The position numbers and the translations under genes are program-made. 36,408 nucleotides of DNA from Verrucomicrobiota bacterium. Its GTDB lineage: Bacteria > Verrucomicrobiota > Verrucomicrobiia > Limisphaerales > Palsa-1400. Location: NCBI GenBank assembly GCA_049510745.1, contig JBEKYR010000050.1, positions 1 to 36,408 of the forward strand, in the 5' to 3' direction. This document shows, in pieces, positions 19,435 to 29,231 of this stretch (position 1 is its first letter; every line of letters begins with the position of its first letter). The notes beneath the pieces are model-generated. The model was not told the origin of the DNA. It made no database searches and saw nothing but the letters and a program-made list of their open reading frames with translations.

Positions 19435-20718
19435 TTAAATGGCTTTCTCGTAAATGCGCGCGAAGACCTTTTCCGATCCTTCGCTCGCGCGGTTGGGGTC
19501 GATGATCGTGATGCCGTCGGGGCCAAAGCGCGCGGTGACAGGCGCGCCAAGGTTGCTTTGGGTGTATTTGAAATTCAGGTCGCGCACCAGAGCCGCCGCA
19601 TGCACGATAGCCACCGTCAGCCGCGCGTCCTCGGCGGTGGGATAAAGCGCCGCCAGTTCGTCGCGGCCGATGTCGAAGAACTTGCGTCGGCATATCGCCG
19701 CCAGACCCGCCGTCAAACTGTCCACCCCGTAGCCGACGCACGTCTTGCTGCCGTCGGGGCGGGCGGTATGGCGGCTGAAATGAGTGTTGACAGTGCGGCT
19801 GCCGCCGTCCTTGTGCCAGAAGCGCAACCCGCGGTATTGCTGATCGCTCTCCACCTTCCCGTCCGTGCCGACGATTTCGTGCCCCTGGTTGACCAGTCCC
19901 TCGAAATCCGGCGGCGTGATCCAATTATTGTGAAAGTGGATGCTCATGCCGTTGGCAAAATCGACCCGCACCTGCACTGCGTCGTAAGCCTGGATGCCAT
20001 CCCTGGCCAGCCGCTTCTTTTGGCCCACAGCCGTCAGCGAAACCGGTTTGCTGCGGTAGTAATGCCAGATGAGATCGACCCAATGCGGGCCGACATAACT
20101 GAACGGATCGCTGTGCGTCGCCCACTTGAATGTGCTGGTCGAAACTTCCAGCGGCTCCTCCAAATAGGCCACGCCGTACAAAGGCTCCCCGATCCGGTTC
20201 TTGAGTTCATCGCGAATCCGCAGATGGTCCGGGTCGTACCGTTTGTGCATATCGACGGCGACGATCAGGCTTTTCCCCCTCGCCAACTCCACAATCTGGT
20301 CCGCCTCGTGGATGGAAAGGCACATCGGCTTTTCCGTGATGACATGAGCGCCCCGCTGCAACGCCGCCAGGATGACCGGCGTATGCAGATGGTCGGGCGT
20401 CGCCACCGCCACGACATCCAGGTCTGGCCCATCGCGCAAAACATCCATCCACGGCTCCGCGCCGGAGTAGGGCCGGGGCCGATGGCCAGTCCATTGCTGG
20501 AAGGCGTCGCAGGCGCGCTTGGCGGAGGATTCCGACCGGGCCGCCACCGCCGCCAACTCGAACGCCACCGGCGCCAAATCGCGTCCCCAATGGTCCAAGC
20601 CGATGCGCCCCAATTGCGGCGCCAGGCCGGAGCACTGCAAATCCGCGTAAGCACGCAGATGGACATCTGCGCCGAACATGCCGGCGCCAATCAAGGCGAT
20701 TTTGATTTTACCTTCCAT
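19435..20718 (-). CDS. Gfo/Idh/MocA family NAD(P)-dependent oxidoreductase
   Basis: IALIGAGMFG, VATPDHLH, HVITEKPM, GPHWVD motifs. Confidence 0.92.
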   Translation of the reverse strand: MEGKIKIALIGAGMFGADVHLRAYADLQCSGLAPQLGRIGLDHWGRDLAPVAFELAAVAARSESSAKRACDAFQQWTGHRPRPYSGAEPWMDVLRDGPDLDVVAVATPDHLHTPVILAALQRGAHVITEKPMCLSIHEADQIVELARGKSLIVAVDMHKRYDPDHLRIRDELKNRIGEPLYGVAYLEEPLEVSTSTFKWATHSDPFSYVGPHWVDLIWHYYRSKPVSLTAVGQKKRLARDGIQAYDAVQVRVDFANGMSIHFHNNWITPPDFEGLVNQGHEIVGTDGKVESDQQYRGLRFWHKDGGSRTVNTHFSRHTARPDGSKTCVGYGVDSLTAGLAAICRRKFFDIGRDELAALYPTAEDARLTVAIVHAAALVRDLNFKYTQSNLGAPVTARFGPDGITIIDPNRASEGSEKVFARIYEKAI

Positions 20719-20852
20719 TGGGTCTTAAAAGGTCATCTGACTTTATTACCACGAAAGGCGCGCAAAGCAAGAGGGAAAAAGCCATCTGCCCGGTTTGCGG
20801 CGATCTTGTTCCGACTTGGTGGTCTTCGTAGTCTTTATTAGTTCCGGCGATT

Positions 20853-21630
20853 AAAACCGGGCGAGGAAGGGAACTGCCGATTCCGAATCATGTGTTGGCT
20901 GCGTTACGGAACTATTTCAAAAACGGCCGGCCCAAAGACAAAGGGTTTGATCATCTGTTTTTGCGGCATCCGAACCGGTGTGGACATCCGCTCTCCAGCG
21001 GGGCTTTAAAACAGATGGTGCAGCGCGCTTATCGTCGTTGCAGATTTCCCAAATCGTGGTCGGGCACCCACCGATTACGACACACCTTTGCCACGCGCTT
21101 GCATCGCAGTGGAGCGGACTTGAAGCCGATTGCTGACTTGCTTGGCCATCGTAAGCTTGACTCAACCACGATCTATACAAGCTTTGCCGATCAGACGGCT
21201 CCGGGTCAGCCGCTCACCATCAAACTGGCGACGTTATGGGCGATTCGCCGTCCGGCCTTGCCGGTGACCGTGGCTAATCGTCTCAGCGCGATTCGGGGTT
21301 TCGCTCGTTATTGTGCCTCTTTTGATCCCCGCACACAGATTCTGCCGAGTCATCTGACTCACGGTGTCGGACGACGGCGTGCTCCGCACATTTTCACCGA
21401 AGCCCAAGTCCGGCTAACCTGCGCCGCACCCGTGCGCTTGGCCCCTGGCGCACCAACTTGCGGCCTCTGACTTACCGCACGTTCATTGGGTTGCTCGCTT
21501 GCACAGGACTTCGCCTTTGTGAAGCCCGGCGGCTGCGGGATGAGCATTTTGACCCAACAGCCAAAACGCTTCGGGTTCCGGCTGTCAAATGCAGTCCGGG
21601 CCGGACCATCCCGCTGCATCCCTCGACGGT
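20853..21630 (+). mobile_element. Collapsed RIT (recombinase-in-trio) remnant: RitA C-terminus fused to RitB fragments
   Basis: KTGRGRELP...GTHRLRHTFATRL...IADLLGH...STTIYT joins in frame at about 21180 to RitB-like PLTIKLATLWA...RLSAIRGFARY...RRAPHIFT. A frameshift follows, then TFIGLLACTGLRLCEA...K...RTIPLHPST. Confidence 0.8.
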
Positions 21631-22472
21631 GCTGGGAATCGTGACCCTGGTCAGGACGGTGCCAGAGAACGCCTGGTACGCAAGACTGGCCGCGAGTCAT
21701 TCAAAATAATAGTGGTTGGCCATTCAGAATTGCTCCAGGTGATGCCCCGAATCCCAAAAGCCCGGATGTTCAATGGATGATTCAACGCACGTCTGCCCCC
21801 CCTGTAACAGGCGCTTCGCGCCGCCGCCGGCGGCACAATTTATTTTTGGCGGCAGGAGTTGAATTTCCTTGGCGCAGTGTCCAATGGGCGCGTGTTTTCG
21901 GAAAAATCCGCGGGCTCTCGACGCACGGCCAGGACATTGATCCAAATGCTTGAACACATCCAGGAAACAGCATTGCATTGCTCCAGTTTTGATTCTGCTG
22001 AAAAACCGCCGATGGTCAAAAAGAAACAACTGGAAACACGCGCATGAACACGGAATGAACATGAATATGAGAACGCAAATTCCCGACCATTGCGGTGGCT
22101 GTGGGTTGACCTTGATTGTGAACAGAACTAGAAAAGCAAACCCGGTCAAACCCTTCTGTTTCGCCGCTTTTTCGATTGCGTTGCCGGCTTTGCCGGTGCG
22201 CGCCGAAAATGCGGCCCGGGAAATCGTCCGCCTCAAGCCGGTCAAAGCGAGTTTCCTGGTTTCGAGCGCGCCTGATCCACCCAAAGCGGCCGTTTTCCAG
22301 GACGACAATCCCGTTGATGTTGTGCTACAGGCAGTAAGCGGCGTTGGCCACGTGTTTTTCCGCCCAGTATTTCAGACCCGTGCGGCAGGGGCTGACGTGG
22401 GAAAGCCTGAAATGGGCCTGGAGCAACAATTTAAAGTTATGTTTTTTTAAAAGGCGGTGGTATTTTCCCAAC

Positions 22473-23282
22473 ATGCGCAACACGCCGTGTTTTGAAATTG
22501 ATTTGGGCCAGCGCCCCAAGATTGTCGAGGTGGAACTCTGTCGGCATGGCTCCCGATCAGCGGAGTCATTCCGCTTGTACGGCTTGTGGAGTCTGCACGC
22601 CTATCATTATCGGGGGGAATTCTGCTTGAACGGCAAGAGCTTTCCGTTCAAGGCGGGCTGCGTGAGCCTGATTCCTCCCGAAACACTTGTGGAATGGCGC
22701 TTTCCCACAGACGCGCCTCACTACTACGCCCATTTCGAGATGGAATCTTCAGGCGGTATCCGCGTTGAACTTCCGTTGCTGCAAGACCTTGGCGAGGACT
22801 TCGACCTCTTTTGCGGGCAATTCGAGCAATTGATCCACTTCCAGACGTTTGATCCGGAACGAGCGAGGATTCGGCTTTGGGATATGCTTTATCAGCTAAA
22901 AGGCAAATCCGCTACGGTCCCATCCACTCAGCGGTTGCATCCCAGCCTGCAAATCGCCTTGGGCACCATCCGCAACCGACAGTCGGAAAACATACATGTG
23001 GGACGAATCGCCCGGTCCATGGGCGTCTCGCATAACCACCTGACCCATCTGTTTCTGCGGTATCTGGGGTGCGGCGCGCGGGAATGCATTCAGCGCGAGC
23101 GGTTGAAACACGCGTGTCATTTGCTCGCGCATTCGTCCCTCTCCATCAAATCCGTCGCCATCGCCACGGGCATCCCGGATTTGCATTACTGTAACAAGTT
23201 GGTTCACAAAGCCACGGGTGAATCACCCCGTGACTACCGGCGCAACCGATCGCGGACGGATCTTCTCAGAGAACCGAAGTGA
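22473..23282 (+). CDS. AraC family transcriptional regulator
   Basis: Cupin-like N-terminus. IARSMGVSHNHLTHLF and LSIKSVAIATG...TGESPRDYR double HTH. Confidence 0.88.
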   Translation: MRNTPCFEIDLGQRPKIVEVELCRHGSRSAESFRLYGLWSLHAYHYRGEFCLNGKSFPFKAGCVSLIPPETLVEWRFPTDAPHYYAHFEMESSGGIRVELPLLQDLGEDFDLFCGQFEQLIHFQTFDPERARIRLWDMLYQLKGKSATVPSTQRLHPSLQIALGTIRNRQSENIHVGRIARSMGVSHNHLTHLFLRYLGCGARECIQRERLKHACHLLAHSSLSIKSVAIATGIPDLHYCNKLVHKATGESPRDYRRNRSRTDLLREPK

Positions 23283-23307
23283 GATTATCCGGAGAAAACA
23301 GATACAA

Positions 23308-25299
23308 ATGAAACACAAAGCAGCCGGAATCCTGCTTTCCCTTCTGACAGCCATGGCGTTTGCCGGGGACACCAACGCTCCGGCACTCATTCCACTGCCT
23401 GAAAAGATGGATTGTCGCGAAGGGGTGTTCAGAGTCCGGCCGGAAACGCGAATTCTGGTGGATTCCACCGCAGAACAGAGCGGCCAATATCTCGCCGAAC
23501 GACTCGCCAAATCCATCGGTTACAAGTTCAAGGTAGTCCCCAGTTCGAAAGATCGGGCGGCCAAAGGAAACATTTTGTTGACCATCGAGAACGCCAAGGA
23601 GAGCTGTGGCGCCGAAGGCTACGAATTGACAGTCGCCCCGGATTCGGTGGTCATTCGGGCATCGGAGCCGGCGGGTTTGTTCTACGGCGGGCAAACATTG
23701 CTGCAACTGCTGCCGCCGGAAGTGTTGGCCGCCAAGCCCGTTTTGAATGTGGATTGGACACTTCCATGCGTGCAGATCCAGGATCAACCGAGGTTCAAAT
23801 GGCGCGGGTTGATGCTGGATGTGAGCCGTCACTTTCTCACCAAAGAGGAAGTCGAGCGAATGCTGGACGTGATGGCGCTGCATAAATTGAATGTATTCCA
23901 TTGGCACTTGGTTGATGACCAGGGTTGGCGGATTGAGATCAAGAAATACCCGCGTTTGACGCAGGTCGGGGCCTGGCGCAAGGACATCGGTTTTGGCTTG
24001 GATCCGAAAGCCGGCACGGCTTACGGTCCTGACGGACGATACGGAGGTTACTACACACAAGTTGATATGCGTGAGGTGGTGGCCTATGCCGAGGCCAGGC
24101 ACATAGCCGTCGTGCCGGAGATTGAGATGCCCGGGCATTCGATTGCGGCGCTCATGGCCTATCCTGAATACAGTTGCACCGGCGGGCCGTTTAGCACCGA
24201 CGTCAACGCCGGAGTTTTCAACGGCATTTATTGCGCGGGCAACGAGGAGACGTTTAAATTCCTGCAGGACGTTCTAACGGAAGTGTTCCAGCTTTTTCCC
24301 GGCAAATACATCCACATCGGCGGTGACGAAGTGCCGAAGGATACTTGGAAGCATTGCCCAAAGTGCCAGGCGCGCGTCAAGGCTGAAGGATTGAAGAACG
24401 AGGAGGCATTACAGAGCTATTTCATCCGGCGCATCGAAAGATTCGCCAATGCACATGGGCGCAGGCTCATCGGCTGGAGCGAGATCCTCCAAGGCGGCCT
24501 GACCCAAAACGCCACGGTCATGGATTGGATAGGCGGGGCGGTGGAGGCGGCACGCGGCGGACACGATGTCGTGATGTCACCCCACGAGTCTTGCTACTTC
24601 TGCTATTATCCCTCTCTGGACCGCCCGCCACAACTGCGCGCCTATCGCCCTTATTTGCCGTTAAGCCAAGTGTATGCTTTTGAGCCGATTCCGGCGACTC
24701 TGGATCCACGGGACGGCTCGCACATCCTCGGCGCGGAAGCCTGCGTCTGGACCGTGGACATTCCCAACATGCAAGAGGTCGAGGAGATGACCTTCCCGCG
24801 CCTGTGCGCCTTGGCGGAAGTTGTCTGGTCGCCTAAATCATCGCGCAACGGGGATGATTTTACCCGCCGCCTGAATGTTCAGTACCGCCGCCTTGACCAA
24901 TGCGGCGTCAGTTGCTGGATGGACAGGGCGGCGGAGATTGGAGAGTGGAAACCCGCCCAGATTGCCGCTCAAGGCAGTCTGTTGGAGTGGGACGCGACCC
25001 AAAACATTTTTGCTCCCGGCAAACACCGATTGAGCATGAATTACACAAAGGGCAGGAATGGTCTCAAAATCGACTGGGTTGCGCTGTTGGAGGACGGTCA
25101 TGAAATCGTCCGGGACACGCATGTCGGCTTCACAGGCACGAGTTCACCAAAGAGCATGAAAGCCCACGATTGGAATTACTTTTTCAATCTGCCTGAGTTC
25201 AAGAAAGGCGCGCGATACACGGTTCAGGCCTTTGTGACAGGCGACGGAGGGAATGATTCCAGCGGCGTTGTCTTTTTGGAACCCAAACCGGCCCAGTAA
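23308..25299 (+). CDS. Secreted beta-N-acetylhexosaminidase (GH20) with C-terminal beta domain
   Basis: Signal peptide, DQPRFKWRGLMLDVSRHF, HWHLVDDQGWR, PEIEMPGH, catalytic HIGGDE. Confidence 0.95.
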   Translation: MKHKAAGILLSLLTAMAFAGDTNAPALIPLPEKMDCREGVFRVRPETRILVDSTAEQSGQYLAERLAKSIGYKFKVVPSSKDRAAKGNILLTIENAKESCGAEGYELTVAPDSVVIRASEPAGLFYGGQTLLQLLPPEVLAAKPVLNVDWTLPCVQIQDQPRFKWRGLMLDVSRHFLTKEEVERMLDVMALHKLNVFHWHLVDDQGWRIEIKKYPRLTQVGAWRKDIGFGLDPKAGTAYGPDGRYGGYYTQVDMREVVAYAEARHIAVVPEIEMPGHSIAALMAYPEYSCTGGPFSTDVNAGVFNGIYCAGNEETFKFLQDVLTEVFQLFPGKYIHIGGDEVPKDTWKHCPKCQARVKAEGLKNEEALQSYFIRRIERFANAHGRRLIGWSEILQGGLTQNATVMDWIGGAVEAARGGHDVVMSPHESCYFCYYPSLDRPPQLRAYRPYLPLSQVYAFEPIPATLDPRDGSHILGAEACVWTVDIPNMQEVEEMTFPRLCALAEVVWSPKSSRNGDDFTRRLNVQYRRLDQCGVSCWMDRAAEIGEWKPAQIAAQGSLLEWDATQNIFAPGKHRLSMNYTKGRNGLKIDWVALLEDGHEIVRDTHVGFTGTSSPKSMKAHDWNYFFNLPEFKKGARYTVQAFVTGDGGNDSSGVVFLEPKPAQ

Positions 25300-25312
25300 G
25301 GAGAGTGCCGTG

Positions 25313-25420
25313 ATGAAATCAAAATCCGTTAAGTCCACGCTCGTCGAAACGGCCTCTTCCCAGCGCCTCGTGTCAGTGAACGCGTTGCGCGGGTCTGACA
25401 TGTTCTGGATTATGTCCGGC
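25313..25420 (+). pseudogene. N-terminal fragment of an HGSNAT/NagX-like (DUF5009-type) membrane acyltransferase
   Basis: QRLVSVNALRGSDMFWIM resembles RLxSLDALRGFDMFWI. It follows a GGAG RBS directly after GH20 and stops after ~36 codons of homology. Confidence 0.75.
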
Positions 25421-25482
25421 TCGGTTTGCGTTTTCACTTTGCTACAGGTGAAACTTCCAGCAAGCTGCAAATAGTCACCGGT

Positions 25483-26352
25483 ATGAAACCCGCCTTTGAA
25501 AGAACTCCCCAGCAGCGGTGGGAATCCTTCTCCTGCGAGGTCGTGCATCGTTCGAGCTATAACGCCATGTGGCACTTCCACCCGGAATATCAAATCACGC
25601 TCGTGCTCAAGAGCAGCGGCTATCGGCTGGTCGGCGACAAAATCACGCCGTTGCGACCGGGCGACCTTGTGCTGGTCGGCTCGAATCTCCCGCACGTCTG
25701 GCGCCAGGACGAGCGATGTGGCCGCTCACGTTCTGCGGTTCACGCCATCGTGGTGCGTTTCCTCGACACGTTTCTGGGCCGCGATTTTTTGGAAGTTCCC
25801 GAGGTCAGGCCGGTGCGCCGATTGTTAAAGCGCGCCAGACGCGGATTGCAGGTCACTGGCCGGACGCGTGACACCGTCGCCGCCAAACTGGAGCGGTTGC
25901 CCGGCAGCCGGGGCCTCGAACGAGTGGCCGGACTGCTTTCCATCCTCGGAACTCTCGCGCGCTCGCAGGAACTGATGCCCATCTCCAGTCCGGGATTTGT
26001 GCCCATTCTGTCCAGCGACGACCAAGACCGCGTCGAACGCGTGATTGCCTTTATTGATGCGCGCTTCGCCGGCCCGATTTGCCGCGCGGCGGTCGCCGCC
26101 GAGGCCCACCTTAGTGTCGGCGCCTTCAGCCGTTTTTTCAAACTCCGCCTCGGCAAGACGCTGCCGCAGTACATCAACGAATTGCGCGTGGGCCGCGCCT
26201 GCCTCTTGCTGGCCCAAGAGCAATTGAAGATAACCGATATCGCCCTGCAGTCCGGCTTTCACAACGTCGCCAACTTTAACCGCCGCTTCCACGACATCAC
26301 AAAGCTGACCCCGCGGGAGTATCGGCGGCAGTTGCAGCGAAGTGCTTTGTAG
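25483..26352 (+). CDS. AraC family transcriptional regulator
   Basis: WHFHPEYQITL, GDLVLVGSNLPHVW, AFSRFFK, ALQSGFHNVANFNRRF..TPREYR. Confidence 0.93.
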   Translation: MKPAFERTPQQRWESFSCEVVHRSSYNAMWHFHPEYQITLVLKSSGYRLVGDKITPLRPGDLVLVGSNLPHVWRQDERCGRSRSAVHAIVVRFLDTFLGRDFLEVPEVRPVRRLLKRARRGLQVTGRTRDTVAAKLERLPGSRGLERVAGLLSILGTLARSQELMPISSPGFVPILSSDDQDRVERVIAFIDARFAGPICRAAVAAEAHLSVGAFSRFFKLRLGKTLPQYINELRVGRACLLLAQEQLKITDIALQSGFHNVANFNRRFHDITKLTPREYRRQLQRSAL

Positions 26353-26455
26353 AGTGCGGACGAGAATTGGCCGGCAATCCCACCGGGCACAAAAGTATCA
26401 TAATCAGTCACTAAATAAGAAGTATTTGGCGGGCTGGTGCTGTTAGCTGATGAAT

Positions 26456-27874
26456 ATGGGCAAAGAATTCAGCATCGTCCCGCGCGAAGTGACGCGGGTG
26501 GAAACCAAATATCGCCGCATTGTCACCCCATTGCCGCATCCCGATTCGTTGGCGGCGCTGGAGAAGTTGCGCCGGTTTGAGCCGCAATCCATGCGCGGCC
26601 AATTGCCGCTGGTGTGGGACCGCGCCGAGGGGATATTTGTTTACGACAAGCACGGGAATCGCTGGCTGGACTGGTCCAGCGGCGTGCTGGTGACCAACGT
26701 TGGCCACGCCGCGCCAGAGATTTGCCAGGCCATCATTGATCAGGTGAACAGCCGCTTGTTGCACAACTACTGTTTCCCCAGCGAAGAGCGCGCGCAGTTA
26801 GTTGAGTGTCTTGCAAGTGTCGCGCCGGAAGGGTTGAAGAAGGTTTTTCTCCTCAGCACCGGTTCGGAGGCCGCCGAATGCGCCATCAAGCTCGCCCGCG
26901 GCCACGGAATCAAGGTGGGCGGCAGGCAGAAAATCGGCATTGTCGGCTTCGAGCGTGGTTTTCATGGACGCACGCTTGGCTCGCAGCAGGCTGGAGGGAT
27001 GGACGGACAGAAATCCTGGATTGTTAATCTCGACCCTGCCTTCATCCATGCGCCCTTTTCGGATGGATATTGGCAGCAAGATACGCGTTTTGACACGTTC
27101 CTGGAAGCCATCGTGCGCGCCGGGTTCAAGCCGGAAAACATTGCCGGCGTGATAATGGAGACTTACCAAGGCGTCGGGCCGGAATTCGCGCCGATGGAAT
27201 ACGTTCGTCGGTTGGCCGCGTGGTGCCAACAACATGACGTGGTGCTGGTTTTCGATGAGGTCCAGGCGGGCTTTGGCCGCACCGGCAAATTCTGGGCCTT
27301 CGAGCATTACGGCGTGGTTCCCGACCTCATCTGCTGCGGCAAGGGTATCAGCAGCTCATTGCCGCTTTCGGCCGTGATTGGCCGGGAATCCATCATGGAT
27401 GAATTCGGCCCAGGTTCCATGACCAGCACGCACACGGGCAATCCGGTATGCTGTGCCGCCGCTCTGGCCAGCGTGAAAAAAATTGTGGACGAGAAGCTGG
27501 TCTCCAACGCCGCCAGGCTCGAACCGGTGTTGCTCGCCGGCCTGAAGAGGATCCAGTCGAAGCACCCCGAGGTCATCGGCCATGTCACCGCGCGCGGTCT
27601 CGTTGGCGGCCTGCAAACCGTCAAGCGCGGCAAAAGGGAACCGGATCCTGATCTGGCGCACAACATCATCGAACGCTGCTTTCATAAAGGTCTGCTTTTC
27701 TTTGCTCCAGTGGGCGCATGGGGACAGACCGTAAAGATTGGCCCGCCCCTGATCATTCCGCAAGATGCGCTGGAGGAAGGCCTGGACGTGCTAAATGAAG
27801 CTACGGATGAGGCGGTTGCTGCTCTGCAACAATCCCAATCGCTGTCCGGGAAAATTGTTTGCGGAAGGCCATAA
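26456..27874 (+). CDS. Class III PLP aminotransferase (GabT/ArgD-like)
   Basis: DWSSGVLVTNVGH, STGSEA, FHGRT, FDEVQAGFGRTG, GKGISS (PLP Lys), THTGNP. Start chosen by homology to the fragment at 19433 (alternative 26450). Confidence 0.93.
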   Translation: MGKEFSIVPREVTRVETKYRRIVTPLPHPDSLAALEKLRRFEPQSMRGQLPLVWDRAEGIFVYDKHGNRWLDWSSGVLVTNVGHAAPEICQAIIDQVNSRLLHNYCFPSEERAQLVECLASVAPEGLKKVFLLSTGSEAAECAIKLARGHGIKVGGRQKIGIVGFERGFHGRTLGSQQAGGMDGQKSWIVNLDPAFIHAPFSDGYWQQDTRFDTFLEAIVRAGFKPENIAGVIMETYQGVGPEFAPMEYVRRLAAWCQQHDVVLVFDEVQAGFGRTGKFWAFEHYGVVPDLICCGKGISSSLPLSAVIGRESIMDEFGPGSMTSTHTGNPVCCAAALASVKKIVDEKLVSNAARLEPVLLAGLKRIQSKHPEVIGHVTARGLVGGLQTVKRGKREPDPDLAHNIIERCFHKGLLFFAPVGAWGQTVKIGPPLIIPQDALEEGLDVLNEATDEAVAALQQSQSLSGKIVCGRP

Positions 27875-27942
27875 AACATGTCTCCGCGTTTGTTTGGAGA
27901 GCGTGAGTTTGCGGGACCTTAACTTCCGCTGCCGCGCCACAC

Positions 27943-29196
27943 ATGAAAATCAAGGGTTTGCGCTGGTATATCATGGGGCTAATTTGCCTGACCACCGCGC
28001 TTAACTATATGGATCGGCAGACCTTGGCGTTGCTGGCCCATACACTGGAAAGGGAGTTGGGCATTACGACCCTCCAGTATTCCCACATTACAGCAGCTTT
28101 TTTGACGAGTTACACGATCATGTATGCCGTGAGCGGACGGTTGATCGACTATCTTGGTTCCCGCCGCGGGCTGGCCATTTTTGTTTCCGGGTGGTCTATA
28201 GTTGACGTAATGCACTCGTTTGCGCGCAACGTGTGGCAGTTCATGTTTTGCCGCTTTATGCTCGGGGCGGCTGAACCGGCCAATTTCCCGGCGGGGGTCA
28301 AAGTGGTTTCGGAATGGTTTCCGATGCGCGAGCGGGCGCTGGCGGTCGGAATCTTCAACTCGGGCACAGCCGTCGGAGCGGCCTTGGCGGCTCCGATGGT
28401 GGCCTGGGTTGTATTACATTTTGGATGGCAGTATTCATTCGCCGTCGGCGCCGTGATGGGCGTCACCTGGGTCGTCTTTTGGTCGTTCATTTATCGGCTG
28501 CCCCGGCAGCATCCGTGCATAACGGCGGAGGAACTCAGGCTCATCGAGGACAACCAGCCGCCGAAGGCGGCGCCCAAGAGCGTTTCCACCCTGCGGATAC
28601 TCCAAATGCGTGAAACGTGGGGGTGCATTTTGGCGCGGATGCTGACGGACCCAATTTCGAATTTCTTTGCTTTCTGGATGCCGAAATTCCTACAGCAAGA
28701 GCGGGGGTTCGATTTGGCCGCCATTGCCAGATACTACTGGATCCCCTATGCGGGTCTGGCCGTTGGCAACCTCGCTGGCGGCGCCATTCCAAACTACATG
28801 ATCAGGCAGGGCTGGTCACTTGACCGATCGCGCAAAACGATGATGTTCATAGCGTCAATTATGATACCGGTCTGCTTCATTCTCATTACCCGCGTGCCCA
28901 ATCCCGCGATGGCGATTGTATGCATTACCATTGCGATGTTCTTCCATGCGGCATGGGCCAATATGACTTTGCCGACGGAAGTCTTCGAGAAGCACGTCGT
29001 CGGCTCGGTCACGGGCTTCGGAGGAGCGGCGGGCTCGCTGGTTAGCGCGGTAACGATGTTGGTCATCGGCAGAACGGTGACGGTTTCCTCGTTCACGCCG
29101 GTCTTCGTCATTTACTCGGCACTGCCCTTGACGGCTTTTGTAATCGTTTGCATACTGGTCAAGAAACTCGGCTGTGTGCGCGAGGTTCCCGTCTGA
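27943..29196 (+). CDS. MFS transporter, ExuT/ACS-like
   Basis: LRWYI, NYMDRQTL, SGRLIDYLGSRRG, SEWFPMRERALAVGIFNSG. Confidence 0.92.
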   Translation: MKIKGLRWYIMGLICLTTALNYMDRQTLALLAHTLERELGITTLQYSHITAAFLTSYTIMYAVSGRLIDYLGSRRGLAIFVSGWSIVDVMHSFARNVWQFMFCRFMLGAAEPANFPAGVKVVSEWFPMRERALAVGIFNSGTAVGAALAAPMVAWVVLHFGWQYSFAVGAVMGVTWVVFWSFIYRLPRQHPCITAEELRLIEDNQPPKAAPKSVSTLRILQMRETWGCILARMLTDPISNFFAFWMPKFLQQERGFDLAAIARYYWIPYAGLAVGNLAGGAIPNYMIRQGWSLDRSRKTMMFIASIMIPVCFILITRVPNPAMAIVCITIAMFFHAAWANMTLPTEVFEKHVVGSVTGFGGAAGSLVSAVTMLVIGRTVTVSSFTPVFVIYSALPLTAFVIVCILVKKLGCVREVPV

Positions 29197-29231
29197 GTCC
29201 CTGATAATTTGATCAACTGATAGTCAAGAAT

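Noticed and set aside
19405..20841. 478-aa plus-strand ORF and similar long shadow ORFs (e.g. 2818-3972, 15920-17029, 29310-30374, 31529-32572, 33155-34036)
   Set aside because: These are antisense shadows of well-supported genes, expected in high-GC DNA, and carry no family motifs.
21631..22472. Possible further fragments: a signal-peptide-like stretch near 22117-22300 (+), an AFSGTVLTRVTIP BspA-like piece near 21630-21680 (-), and a stop-containing frame near 22290-22440 (-)
   Set aside because: Too short and degenerate to assign by eye. BLASTx would be needed.
26388..26428. AraC-type binding site upstream of the aminotransferase (AAGTAT repeats)
   Set aside because: Plausible location, but the repeat is short and its spacing is not convincingly canonical.
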